This document shows, one piece after another, positions 39,562 through 49,370 of a stretch of DNA of 64,000 nt (positions are counted from its first letter, which is position 1; each line of letters starts with the position of its first letter). The translations under genes and the position numbers were made by a program. This DNA comes from Terriglobia bacterium (GTDB lineage Bacteria > Acidobacteriota > Terriglobia > 20CM-2-55-15). The notes under the pieces were generated by a model, which saw only the letters and a program-made list of their open reading frames with translations, made no database searches and had not been told where the DNA came from. The stretch is taken from positions 288,001 to 352,000 of the forward strand of contig CAXWPJ010000010.1 in the NCBI GenBank assembly GCA_963664115.2. The letters run 5' to 3'.

Positions 39562-41286
39562 CTACTCGTTGTTCACGAAAACATCGAGTTCCGCCCCCAG
39601 GTCCCGGGCGGAAGGTGTGACTATCGTTTGGGCGTCGATGATGATCTTGATATTGGCGGCGGCAGCGGTGCGGACGTCATCTTCACTGACGAACTCCGCA
39701 GGAGTCGGAGGTGCGGAAAGCGGCGTTGCTACCGATGGCTCCAACTGCTCGTAGTTCGCCAGCGGAGGCGCTGTAGCCACCGGTTCGGGCGATACCGCCG
39801 CTTGCCCGACTGCGGCTTCCGAGCGCCTGCTTGGAGTTTTCCTCTCCAGCCAGCTATCGACAATTGACGCAATTTCGCCCCGCTCGATCGATACCGGCTG
39901 CGGGGGTTCGGGCACCTTGACCCCAGAATCCGTCGATTCCACCTCACGAACGCCGAAAGCGACACGCTTCAGGTTGATCAGATGCAGCGGTGAAATGTTG
40001 TCTGAGGTGATGTTGCCCCCAAAGGCCCCACAGCCCAGAGTCATCGAAGGAAAGAGATTCGTCGTGTAGCCGACGGCACCGAGTGCTGCCGGCGTGTTCA
40101 CACAGATACGATAGGCGGGCTTTTGCAGTGCAAATTGGCGGATGATTGCATCGTCAGTCGAATGCAAACCCAGCGTATGCCCCAAGCCTCCAAAATTCAG
40201 GATGTCCATGCACTGCTGACATCCTTCTCTCCAGTCCTTGACGCTGTAAAACCCGAGCACCGGGGAGAGCTTTTCCATTGAAAGCGGGTGTTGGCGCCCG
40301 ACACCCCGGGCCATTCCAACCAGTGCACGCGTCGCGGGAGGAACCTCGATACCGGCCATCTCCGCAATGCGCGTTGCGGATTGCCCGACAATATTGATGT
40401 TGAGAGTCCCTGCGGGCGTCTGAATCGCGCTCCCGAGCTGCTGGCTTTCGGCATCGCTACACACGTAGGCGCCCTGCAAACCCAGTTGGGCGAGGACCTC
40501 GTCGCGGATCGCATCGTCCACGATCAAGCTTTGCTCGGAAGAGCACAGCGTACCGTTGTCAAAGCACTTACCGGTCAGAACGTGAGCGACGGCACGCGCC
40601 ACGTCCGCAGACTGCTCGATATACGCGGGGACGTTACCGGGGCCGACACCAAAGGCCGGCTTGCCCGCGCTGTAAGCGGCCTGAACAAGCCCCGGCCCAC
40701 CGGTTGCCAGTATTACGGCAGTCTGGGGGTTCTTCATCAGCTCATGGGTCCCCTCCAGAGTCGGCGTTTCCATTGAAGACAGTACTCCCGGCGGGGCCCC
40801 GGCCTCTTCAGCCGCCTCACGAAGGATTCGCACCGTTTCATTAATCGATCGGACGGCTGCTGGGTGCGGACTGAAGACGATCGCGTTGCGGCCTTTCAAG
40901 GCAATCAGTGCTTTGTAGATCGTGGTCGAGGTTGGATTTGTCGAAGGAATAATCCCGGCGATCACACCAACGGGGCTGGCGACTTCTATGATCTTCTTCT
41001 CTTCGTCTTCGCTGACGATTCCGACCGTCTTCAGGGGTCGGATCGCAGCGTAAACGTCACGCGCGCAGAATAGATTCTTGAGGGTCTTGTCCTCAACTCG
41101 ACCGAAGCCGGTTTCCTCCACTGCCATTTCAGCAAGAGCGCGGGCATGGGCAATGCCCGCGCGAGACATGGCCTCAAGGATAGTTTCGACCTGCTCTTCG
41201 GAGAACTCTTCAAACGTCTTCCAGGCCGTGTGAGCTGAGGCGACGAGTCGTCGCGCTTCCTGTATGGATTGAAGATCTTTGTCCAT
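39562..41286 (-). CDS. CoA-acylating aldehyde dehydrogenase, microcompartment type
   Basis: MDKDLQSIQEAR, PSTNPTST, ATGG, GVGPGN, DNGTLCSSEQ, EKLSP, TLGCG; C-terminal extension. Confidence 0.9.
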   Translation of the reverse strand: MDKDLQSIQEARRLVASAHTAWKTFEEFSEEQVETILEAMSRAGIAHARALAEMAVEETGFGRVEDKTLKNLFCARDVYAAIRPLKTVGIVSEDEEKKIIEVASPVGVIAGIIPSTNPTSTTIYKALIALKGRNAIVFSPHPAAVRSINETVRILREAAEEAGAPPGVLSSMETPTLEGTHELMKNPQTAVILATGGPGLVQAAYSAGKPAFGVGPGNVPAYIEQSADVARAVAHVLTGKCFDNGTLCSSEQSLIVDDAIRDEVLAQLGLQGAYVCSDAESQQLGSAIQTPAGTLNINIVGQSATRIAEMAGIEVPPATRALVGMARGVGRQHPLSMEKLSPVLGFYSVKDWREGCQQCMDILNFGGLGHTLGLHSTDDAIIRQFALQKPAYRICVNTPAALGAVGYTTNLFPSMTLGCGAFGGNITSDNISPLHLINLKRVAFGVREVESTDSGVKVPEPPQPVSIERGEIASIVDSWLERKTPSRRSEAAVGQAAVSPEPVATAPPLANYEQLEPSVATPLSAPPTPAEFVSEDDVRTAAAANIKIIIDAQTIVTPSARDLGAELDVFVNNE

Positions 41287-41322
41287 TGCATTGCTTGCAG
41301 AAGATCGACCTAAGCGAACTTA

Positions 41323-41427
41323 TTTTTCAACACGAAGGTAACGAAGAAGACGGAGGGCCACGAAGAACCTGAAACAATACAGATGATATACCCGGACTAG
41401 ATTAACTTCGTGTCTTCTTGTTAAAAA
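41323..41427. repeat. Family B element copy B3
   Basis: TTTTTCAACACGAAGGTAACGAAGAAGACGGAGGGCCACGAAG ... CTTCGTGTCTTCTTGTTAAAAA. Confidence 0.65.
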
Positions 41428-41436
41428 GAACGGACT

Positions 41437-41739
41437 TTAAGCCTTCGGCACGTCTGTCGATTGTCTTCCAATCAGCTCGCCCACATCCCCGTATGGCATC
41501 GCAATAACGTGGACACTGACAAGTTCGCCCACCCTCCGGGCTGCGGCAGCACCTGCATCCGTTGCGGCCTTGACGGCGCCCACGTCCCCACGCACCCATA
41601 CGGCAACATAGCCGTTTAAGAGATACTCCTTGCCTTGGAGCGACACATTTGCGGCCTTCAGCATGGCATCGGAAGCCTCTATGGCACCCGTAAAACCAAT
41701 AGTTTCAATTAGACCGAGTGCTTCGCTGATTTCGCCCAA
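41437..41739 (-). CDS. BMC-H microcompartment shell protein
   Basis: [34 protein letters not shown]. Confidence 0.9.
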   Translation of the reverse strand: MGEISEALGLIETIGFTGAIEASDAMLKAANVSLQGKEYLLNGYVAVWVRGDVGAVKAATDAGAAAARRVGELVSVHVIAMPYGDVGELIGRQSTDVPKA

Positions 41740-41835
41740 GGGAATGCGCCTTCAATTTTCATGCGATGAAACGATTCTTTCGCCTGACGGCCTCGCGGCC
41801 GCGGGTACGGTAGCAGAAACTATAAACAAAAGCAA

Positions 41836-41864
41836 TTGACTCCTAAGTGTCTAATTTATAAGAT
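41836..41864 (+). promoter_or_regulatory. sigma70-type promoter upstream of the rodZ-like gene
   Basis: TTGACT-N17-TAAGAT. Confidence 0.55.
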
Positions 41865-41901
41865 CCTTGCTACCCACTGATACAGGAGTATTCGCGCAGA
41901 C

Positions 41902-42705
41902 ATGTCAGGGTTCGGAAACAGCTTCAAGTCAGCACGCGAGTCGCAAGGCCTCAAGCTGGAAGAGATTGCGCAGGAAACGCGCATTAGCGCGCGTTTTTTG
42001 CGTGCCATTGAGGAAGAGAAGTTTCGCGACCTGCCGGGCGGCCTGTTCAATCGGGGCTTCATTCGCACGTACGCCAAACGCCTTGGAATAGACGCGGAGC
42101 AAAGCGTCTCCGAATACAAAGCACTCGTTAAAGAAGCTAACACGGACGAATCGGAACAGATGTCTAAGGTCTCCCTGGAGAATTCAGAGGGCCACGTACT
42201 GCCGATCGCTATTGGCACTCTTGTTGTACTCGTGGTTCTGTTCTACGTGTTTGCGAGCGACCCCGGGGTGCCAACCGAAGCGGCCGCCCCTCGGCTCGAG
42301 GAAAGCGAGGTTTTGGCGAGGAGAGAACCGGCACCAATCCCACAAGTTGCCCCGGAAACGCTCGAGCGCATAAACCTCCCCGCTCGGATTGCAACCCCGG
42401 CCTCCCCGACAGCACAAACAGAGCTTACGGACAACGCCACCGGTTTTGACGTGCGGATCGACGTCCACAACGATACGTGGGTCTCCGTGCAATCCGACGG
42501 AGAAGCGGTCGTCGAAGGCGTCATTCTGGGAGCCGGCACAACGCGACGATACTCGGCCATCGAAGCACTGGAATTGACGATCGGCAACGCCGCGGGACTG
42601 ACACTGAGTATTAACGGCCGCGAAGTTCCCACCCTGGGCCGCGACGGGCAAGTCCGCATCCTCACGATCACCCCCAACAACATCGAACGCCTCACCGGCA
42701 GTTAA
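41902..42705 (+). CDS. RodZ-like protein (HTH, TM, DUF4115)
   Basis: ARESQGLKLEEIA, RGFIRTYAKRLG, TM, IGNAAGL. Confidence 0.85.
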   Translation: MSGFGNSFKSARESQGLKLEEIAQETRISARFLRAIEEEKFRDLPGGLFNRGFIRTYAKRLGIDAEQSVSEYKALVKEANTDESEQMSKVSLENSEGHVLPIAIGTLVVLVVLFYVFASDPGVPTEAAAPRLEESEVLARREPAPIPQVAPETLERINLPARIATPASPTAQTELTDNATGFDVRIDVHNDTWVSVQSDGEAVVEGVILGAGTTRRYSAIEALELTIGNAAGLTLSINGREVPTLGRDGQVRILTITPNNIERLTGS

Positions 42706-42713
42706 GCCCTCTC

Positions 42714-42883
42714 ACCGCGAAGGCGCAAAGACGCAAAGAAGAATAAGAGGAGATAGGCTGTGTAAATTGCAGCTAAATGAACCTCTGCGTGTTCCCACAA
42801 AATTCTTGCTAATCCTGTCACGTCGGATCGAGCTAGAGGTATGCAGACCTATCCCGTCTTTTCTTCCTTTGCGCCTTTGCGGT
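42714..42883 (+). mobile_element. Family A element copy A4
   Basis: Periodic CGCAAAG ends; core TTCCCACAAAATTCTTGCTAATCC..GAGCTAGA. Confidence 0.8.
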
Positions 42884-42916
42884 CAACACTCCCCTCGTGA
42901 GCTATACTTCGGGGTT

Positions 42917-45703
42917 ATGGCCAAGGCCCTGAAGCCATCTGAGGAAGAACGTATCGTCGTTCGCGGCGCCCGGGTTCACAACCTCAAGAACATCGATTTC
43001 GAAATCCCTCACAGTGCACTAACGGTCGTGACTGGCGTCAGCGGTTCGGGCAAGTCGTCGCTGGCTTTCGATACGATCTACGCTGAAGGTCAGCGGCGCT
43101 ATATCGAGTCCCTCTCCGCCTACGCCCGCCAGTTCCTGGAAAGGATAGAAAAACCCGATATCGACGATGCAACGGGCATTGCTCCGGCCATAGCTATCCG
43201 CCAGAGAAACACATCCCGGACACCGCGTTCCACGGTCGGGACTTCCACCGAAATTTACGACTATTTGCGCCTCCTCTTTGCACGCGTGGGTATCACCATC
43301 TGCAGACAGTGCGGGAAGATTGTGGAGCGCGATACCGTCGATCAAATATTCGCCGCCCTCGCCCGCTGGCCCGAAGGCACACGCTTCTACGTGCTGTTCC
43401 CGATCCCCCGCCTGGAGTCCGAGAGTGAGATTGCGGATTGCCTCGGAGATCTGAAGAGACGCGGCTTCGGAAAGGTGTATCAGGACGGTCGGACATTTGA
43501 ATATTCCCGGCCGGAATCCTTAATCGATGCGGACTTCACTCGCACAAGTTTCGTGCTTGTAGACCGTCTGACTGTTACACCGGACATGCGCCAACGGCTG
43601 ATCGACTCCATCGAGATCTGCTTTCATGAAAACGACGGTGAAGTCGTCATTCAGGAAGCTGCTCCCGAAGGCGGCACCCGTCCACAGCAGCGCTTCAGCG
43701 AACGTTTCGAGTGCAAAGTTTGCGATATTCGATGCGAAGATCCGGAACCCAGGCTATTTTCTTTTAACAATCCCTTTGGTGCGTGTTCGCGTTGTCAGGG
43801 ATTCGGCAACACGATCGACCTGGATATGAACTTGGCGGTGCCCGACAGGGGGAAGACTCTGGCGGAGGGCGCGATCGTGCCATGGACGAAGCCTCGGTTC
43901 CGTCGCTATCTGAACGACCTTAAGAAGGAAGCTCTCGAACGGTCAATTCCCCTGAACGTGCCCTTCCAGGAGCTGAGGGAGGAACATCAGTCTTTGGTCA
44001 CCCAAAAGATTCGTTCGTTCTTCGACTACCTCGAAACAAAAAAATACAAACTCCACGTGCGGGTCTTTCTCAGCCGCTACCGGGGCTACACCGTGTGTCC
44101 GGAATGCAAGGGAGCGCGCTTGAGGCAAGAGGCGCTCGATATCTTCATCGGCGACAAGAACATTGCTGACGTTTCCCGAATGTCTACCGCAGAAGCATTC
44201 GATTTCTTCAGTGCCCTGAAACTCACTCCGACCCAATCGGAGATCGCCGAACGTGTTCTTTGGGAAATCCAGACGCGCCTCCGCTTTCTGAACGACGTGG
44301 GGCTGCAATACCTGACCCTGGACCGTTTGTCGTCAACCCTGTCGGGTGGCGAAGCCCAGCGGATTCAGTTGGCAACTTCATTGGGCTCTACACTCGTGGG
44401 TGCTCTCTACGTTTTGGATGAACCGTCGATCGGACTCCATCCCAAAGACAGCGTCCGGCTGATCAACATCCTGAAACAGCTGCGGCAACTGGGAAACACG
44501 GTTCTCGTTGTAGAACACGACCGCGAAATGATAGGCGCCGCGGACTGGATCATCGACCTTGGACCCGGAGCCGGAGAAAAGGGTGGGAATCTTGTGTTCC
44601 AAGGACCGCTGGACCTGCTCGAAAAGACTCCGGCATCGCTAACCGGAAAGTACCTTAGCGGCGAACTCAAAATTCCCCTCCCGCGTCAAAGACGTAAACC
44701 TGGAAAACAGAAGCTGATCCTCCGTGGGGCATCCAAGCACAACCTTAAGAATGTTGACGTCGACATTCCTCTCGGACTGATGACTACAGTCACTGGTGTT
44801 TCCGGCTCCGGAAAATCCACACTTGTACACAACTGCCTCTACGAAGCTCTGCGAGCCTATCTCCAGGGAACCGAGCCCGATGGGGCGTCCGGATCGATCG
44901 AAGTAAACCCGAAATGGCTGGCAGATGTGGTACTCGTGGACCAGAGTCCGATAGGACGGACACCGCGATCGAATCCCGTGACTTACATCAAGGCCTTCGA
45001 TCAGGTCCGGGACCTGTTTGCATCGACGGAACGATCCCGGTCCCGCGGCTATACGGCCGGAAGTTTTTCCTTCAACATCCCCGGAGGACGTTGCGAAACA
45101 TGCCAGGGAGACGGAACCGTGACGGTGGAAATGCAGTTCCTCGCCGATGTCCATTTGGTGTGCGAAGAATGCAAGGGCATGCGCTACCGAAACGGCGTTT
45201 TGGAGGTTCTGTACAAAGGGAAGAATATTTACGATGTGCTTCAAATGACGGTTCGCGAAGCGATTCGCTTTTTCTCAGGCGCGGGGCGCATCGTGAAGAA
45301 ATTGACGATGCTGGACGAAGTGGGCTTGGGATATCTGCGCCTGGGACAGTCCGCAACAACGCTTTCTGGTGGAGAAGCCCAACGAATAAAGCTAGCATCT
45401 CATCTAGCGAAAGATACGAGCCCCAAGACCTTGTTCATTCTTGACGAACCGACGACGGGTCTTCACTTCGACGACATCAACAAGTTGCTGACCGCGTTCC
45501 GGCGTCTGATTCGTGCGGGAGCCTCGGTGTTGATCATCGAGCACAATCTCGACATCGTTAAATCGTCAGACTGGATCATCGATCTGGGACCGGAGGGCGG
45601 AGACGGCGGCGGAAAGGTCGTTGCCGTCGGAACACCTGAACAGATAGCGCGGTCGCGCCGATCAGCCACCGGTAAATTCCTGAAACCGATGCTGAAGGCT
45701 TAG
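42917..45703 (+). CDS. uvrA: Excinuclease ABC subunit A
   Basis: GARVHNLK, two GVSGSGKS, two LSGGEAQRI, zinc fingers; upstream ORF extension lies in repeat A4. Confidence 0.95.
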   Translation: MAKALKPSEEERIVVRGARVHNLKNIDFEIPHSALTVVTGVSGSGKSSLAFDTIYAEGQRRYIESLSAYARQFLERIEKPDIDDATGIAPAIAIRQRNTSRTPRSTVGTSTEIYDYLRLLFARVGITICRQCGKIVERDTVDQIFAALARWPEGTRFYVLFPIPRLESESEIADCLGDLKRRGFGKVYQDGRTFEYSRPESLIDADFTRTSFVLVDRLTVTPDMRQRLIDSIEICFHENDGEVVIQEAAPEGGTRPQQRFSERFECKVCDIRCEDPEPRLFSFNNPFGACSRCQGFGNTIDLDMNLAVPDRGKTLAEGAIVPWTKPRFRRYLNDLKKEALERSIPLNVPFQELREEHQSLVTQKIRSFFDYLETKKYKLHVRVFLSRYRGYTVCPECKGARLRQEALDIFIGDKNIADVSRMSTAEAFDFFSALKLTPTQSEIAERVLWEIQTRLRFLNDVGLQYLTLDRLSSTLSGGEAQRIQLATSLGSTLVGALYVLDEPSIGLHPKDSVRLINILKQLRQLGNTVLVVEHDREMIGAADWIIDLGPGAGEKGGNLVFQGPLDLLEKTPASLTGKYLSGELKIPLPRQRRKPGKQKLILRGASKHNLKNVDVDIPLGLMTTVTGVSGSGKSTLVHNCLYEALRAYLQGTEPDGASGSIEVNPKWLADVVLVDQSPIGRTPRSNPVTYIKAFDQVRDLFASTERSRSRGYTAGSFSFNIPGGRCETCQGDGTVTVEMQFLADVHLVCEECKGMRYRNGVLEVLYKGKNIYDVLQMTVREAIRFFSGAGRIVKKLTMLDEVGLGYLRLGQSATTLSGGEAQRIKLASHLAKDTSPKTLFILDEPTTGLHFDDINKLLTAFRRLIRAGASVLIIEHNLDIVKSSDWIIDLGPEGGDGGGKVVAVGTPEQIARSRRSATGKFLKPMLKA

Positions 45704-45746
45704 CAGTTCATGATTAACGTCAAAGCCGGCAGCGCTACGTCGCGCC

Positions 45747-45955
45747 GTTCGCAAAAGATTTCGCTCGGTCGTTCTTACGGCCATCCTGGCCGAACGACCG
45801 GCGACCCTCACCATCATCCTGATGGCGAGGCTTATGGGGATCAGCGGAATGTCGAAACCGTTCCCGAAAAGGTCTCGCACCGGTCCGACGGTGCGAGTGG
45901 ACGGCTTTCAGATTAACGAAGCGGTAGCCGAGGCGTCAGAGTAAGCGGATGATCG
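45747..45955 (+). mobile_element. Family F hairpin element copy F3
   Basis: Same ordered motifs as F2; hairpins GGCCATCCTGGCC, CCATCATCCTGATGG, CTCGCACCGGTCCGACGGTGCGAG. Confidence 0.75.
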
Positions 45956-47184
45956 TCCAACTTCTTCTAGTCCTTCTCGTTCAAACTGCGGCAGTTGACA
46001 CGCCGAATCCGCTAGAGGAACTCTACGCCGAAGCCATGACAGCGATGGAGGCCGGAGACTGGACCGAAGCGATATCCAGGCTCGAGGCGATCTTGCTCGA
46101 GGACCCGTCTCACGTCAGCTCCCGTTTTAATCTCGCTGTATCGCTCGGCGAAGCGGGGCAAACGGACCGTGCTCTGGAGTCGTACCGCGCCATACTTGAT
46201 GCAGACCCCACGATCTTCGAGGCCCGGATGAACCTAGCCATCCTCATGCACGAACATGATATGTCCGATGACGCGATCGTGGAGTTTAGCGCAGCGGCCC
46301 GCCTGCGGCCGGAAGACCCGCTGCCTGCGCTGTACCGGGCACAGCTGCTCGACCAGAGCGATCGCATCGACGAAACGATCCAGGCATATGAGGTCGTTCT
46401 CGGCATCGATCCCGAGCTTGTGGAGGCGCACGAGCGATTGGGATTCATTTACCGGGACATGGACGACACCGATCAAGCCATCCGGGAGTTCAGTGAGGCG
46501 ATACGCCTGGGATCGCTTGCCCCAGCAATGTTTGTAGCGGCCGGAGATATCGAATCCGATCGAGACAATCTGGATGCCGCGCGCGAGTACTACGAAAGGG
46601 CCGCCGCACTCGTCCCAGGTGACGCCGACATCCGGCTTCGGCTTGCGCTGGTCCTAAGAAACCAGGAACAGCTGCCCGAAGCGATTGCGATCCTTGAGGA
46701 CCTGGAAGAATCGGACCCTGTTCTGGCTGAGGCATACATGGCGGCCGAGATGTACGCCGAAGCGGCTGCCGTGTTTGAGCGTCTGACGGCGCAGAATCCC
46801 GAAATCTCAGATTATTGGTACATGTTGGGCCGGGCGTACTTCCTGACAGGTATGAGCGAGCAGGCAGAGTTCGTCCTTCAACGAGCCATGAGCATCGAAC
46901 CGGAACGGGTCGCGGGTTGGGGAACACTGGCGGCAATCTACATGGAGCGCGAAGACTGGCAGAGTGCTGGCGTCATGCTGCTCCAGTACGTCACTTTAGA
47001 GCCGGATCACGCGCCTTCCCACTTCGCAGTCGCGCTCTGTTTCGACAATTTGGGAGAATTCGAAAGGGCATTGATGCACTATAATAGGTTCATTGAGCTC
47101 GACGACGGATCGGACGATGTCCGGTCTTTTCAGGTCAGACAAAGGGCAGAATCACTTGAGCGCTATCTCAGTGAAAACGAATAG
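45949..47184 (+). CDS. Exported TPR-repeat protein
   Basis: Signal peptide and many tandem TPR units. Confidence 0.8.
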   Translation: MIVQLLLVLLVQTAAVDTPNPLEELYAEAMTAMEAGDWTEAISRLEAILLEDPSHVSSRFNLAVSLGEAGQTDRALESYRAILDADPTIFEARMNLAILMHEHDMSDDAIVEFSAAARLRPEDPLPALYRAQLLDQSDRIDETIQAYEVVLGIDPELVEAHERLGFIYRDMDDTDQAIREFSEAIRLGSLAPAMFVAAGDIESDRDNLDAAREYYERAAALVPGDADIRLRLALVLRNQEQLPEAIAILEDLEESDPVLAEAYMAAEMYAEAAAVFERLTAQNPEISDYWYMLGRAYFLTGMSEQAEFVLQRAMSIEPERVAGWGTLAAIYMEREDWQSAGVMLLQYVTLEPDHAPSHFAVALCFDNLGEFERALMHYNRFIELDDGSDDVRSFQVRQRAESLERYLSENE

Positions 47185-47686
47185 CTCGCATCTAGTCAGA
47201 GCGTTCTTCGCAGGTATTGCACTCCTCGGATTGATCGGCTGTTCGAGTCGTCCAAACGTGTTCACCGAATCGCTTGACGAGCGTTTGCGGCGGCTCAACG
47301 AAGAGCGGACCCGACTCGAGACCACGACCAACCCTGTCGCGCGGACGCGCATCCAGATTCGTATTTCAGACTTGCTGATCAGCTTCGTAGGAGACGCCGT
47401 GGACCTGGGCGATGTGGAACTCATCGACGAACGTGTCCGTGAGTACACAGAGACCATTGTTGACGCGAGAGACACGATGGTGAATTCCGGGCGGAACGCT
47501 GTAAACGATGCCAGCGGTTACAGGGAACTGGAAATAGCGTTACGACAACACATCCGACAGGTCGGCGACATCGGTGCACAGCTGAACTTTGAGCGCAGAC
47601 AGGTTCTGGATCAGCTCATCATCCAGATATCCGATATACGTGAAGAAATGCTCGACATGCTTTTCCCGGAACAAGATGCGATTTAG
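47171..47686 (+). CDS. Hypothetical lipoprotein (helical)
   Basis: LIGC lipobox; overlaps both neighbours. Confidence 0.6.
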   Translation: MKTNSSHLVRAFFAGIALLGLIGCSSRPNVFTESLDERLRRLNEERTRLETTTNPVARTRIQIRISDLLISFVGDAVDLGDVELIDERVREYTETIVDARDTMVNSGRNAVNDASGYRELEIALRQHIRQVGDIGAQLNFERRQVLDQLIIQISDIREEMLDMLFPEQDAI

Positions 47687-48284
47687 TAAGGCGGCCGGAC
47701 TCATCGTCCTCCTGCTCAGCTTGTCCCCTGCCACAGGGGCCTTTGCACAGGACTATTTCACCGACCTTGAAATAGACGAGATTCGTGGAGCACAGGAAAT
47801 TGACAAACGTGTCGGCATCCTCCTTCAGATCGGCCAGGTCCGGCTAGCACAATTGGGACTGGTAGAACTGGAAGAGGAGGTCCAGAGCACGACCGGAACC
47901 AGCCGTATCACTCGAGCCATCGTACGTGTTCTGAGTCGCGGCACTGCCGATGAGTTGGACAAGGCCGAAGAGGAGCTGGAAGTTTTCGACAGCGATCTCT
48001 CCCAATTCGATAGGACAGAGCTGCTTCGAGGCTATTTTCAGGCGCTGGAAGAAACGATGGACAACATCGACGACGCCTACGAGCAGAATCGGGGCGACCT
48101 CCGGGAGCCTCTCGACTCGCTGAAGAATTTTACGGAGCAGTCGATTCCGCTGCTCCGGGAGTTTGAAGTGGAAAACGAATCGGAAGAGATCGCCCTTGAG
48201 GATGCCATCGCACAGGCCGAACTGGCCCTGGAAGGCGCAGAGGCCGCCATCGAGATAATTCCGAAAACCGAAAGAGACCGGTGA
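47676..48284 (+). CDS. Hypothetical exported acidic helical protein
   Basis: Signal peptide ending AFA; coupled to neighbours. Confidence 0.6.
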   Translation: MRFSKAAGLIVLLLSLSPATGAFAQDYFTDLEIDEIRGAQEIDKRVGILLQIGQVRLAQLGLVELEEEVQSTTGTSRITRAIVRVLSRGTADELDKAEEELEVFDSDLSQFDRTELLRGYFQALEETMDNIDDAYEQNRGDLREPLDSLKNFTEQSIPLLREFEVENESEEIALEDAIAQAELALEGAEAAIEIIPKTERDR

Positions 48285-48967
48285 CCGAGCTTGAGTGCGC
48301 CGTCCGAAAAATCCACCACGAACTGAAACCACGCACGGCCCTGCCTACAATCGAAACAGAGTTTTTCCCATCCGTTGGAGCCAACCATTCGGCGACGCTT
48401 GAAGAGGGTGTCCTCCGGGTACGGGTCAGCGATCTGTTTGCCGACGCCCCCCTCGAAATCCTCGAGACGGTCGCAATTATTCTGCTGTCGAAGCTTTACC
48501 GGAAGAAGATTGATGCCGAGCGCCAGAAGGACTACCGTCGATATACGATGAGCCACCGCATGTTGGAGCGTAGCCGTCGCTTTCGTTCTGAAAGAGGCCG
48601 GCCCACCCCGACAACCTCCCCTCAGGGGCGGTGCTACGACCTCGACACTCTCTTTGACGCAATCAATGTCAGCTGCTTCGACGGTACGCTCCCGAAACCC
48701 CAACTCTCATGGACACGGAGAAAAGCCCGGTCCACTCTGGGCCGCTACGACTTCGAACAGGACGTAATATTCGTCAGCCGGTATCTCGATTCCGACACAA
48801 TCCCCTCACACGTCATCGAGTACATTCTGTTCCACGAAATGCTCCATGTGAAGCACGGCACCGAAATCAAAGGTCTCCGGGAGATCGTTCATACGCCGGC
48901 CTTCCGCCGAGAAGAGAAACTGTTCACACACTACCAGGCTGCCAGTGACTGGCTGGCGAGCCACTAA
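48281..48967 (+). CDS. SprT/YgjP-like zinc metallopeptidase domain protein
   Basis: FDAINVSCF, TLGRY, YILFHEMLH, HTPAF. Confidence 0.75.
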   Translation: MTELECAVRKIHHELKPRTALPTIETEFFPSVGANHSATLEEGVLRVRVSDLFADAPLEILETVAIILLSKLYRKKIDAERQKDYRRYTMSHRMLERSRRFRSERGRPTPTTSPQGRCYDLDTLFDAINVSCFDGTLPKPQLSWTRRKARSTLGRYDFEQDVIFVSRYLDSDTIPSHVIEYILFHEMLHVKHGTEIKGLREIVHTPAFRREEKLFTHYQAASDWLASH

Positions 48968-49000
48968 AGAAGACTGACGAAAAGACCCGCGGCCAAAGCC

Positions 49001-49142
49001 TCTTTCCCCGTGTTTTGCAGCTTTCCACAGAACTTGTGGAAAAGTCTGTGCAAAAACCTGTGCCGTCTATCGCTAAGCGTGCCTAAAACTATAGTTTATA
49101 GCGTTTTGCACCTTTTCCTGTCACCAGGGCAACTGTTGAAAA
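49001..49142. promoter_or_regulatory. Cluster of DnaA-box-like 9-mers
   Basis: CTTTCCACA 49021, TGTGGAAAA 49035, TGTGCAAAA 49047, TTTTGCACC 49104, TGTTGAAAA 49134 in an AT-rich gap. Confidence 0.55.
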
Positions 49143-49195
49143 AACGGCAATTTTTTCAAATAAAAGGAAAAATCTGCATCAGGAATTCAAGTCTC

Positions 49196-49370
49196 ACCGC
49201 GAAGGCGCAAAGACACAAAGGGAGGAGGAAGAAAATAGATTGCCTTCGCCCATTCGACCGGAAGCGCCAGGATGAGCGACGCCGCTGTTGGGAATCCCTT
49301 AGATTCAATCCCAATCGATCTTATCCGGCCTATGGCTCCTTCCCCCTTTGCGTCTTTGCGCCTTTGCGGT
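49196..49370 (-). mobile_element. Family A element copy A5 (inverted), overlapping the hflX 3' end
   Basis: Periodic ends; reverse-complement core TAGGCCG..GATTCCCAACAG..GGCAATCTA. Confidence 0.75.

Noticed and set aside
42767-42916. N-terminal ORF extensions of uvrA, miaA (51853-51963) and the SpoIID-like gene (53871-53891)
   Set aside because: They are translations of repeat elements; conserved domains begin at downstream starts
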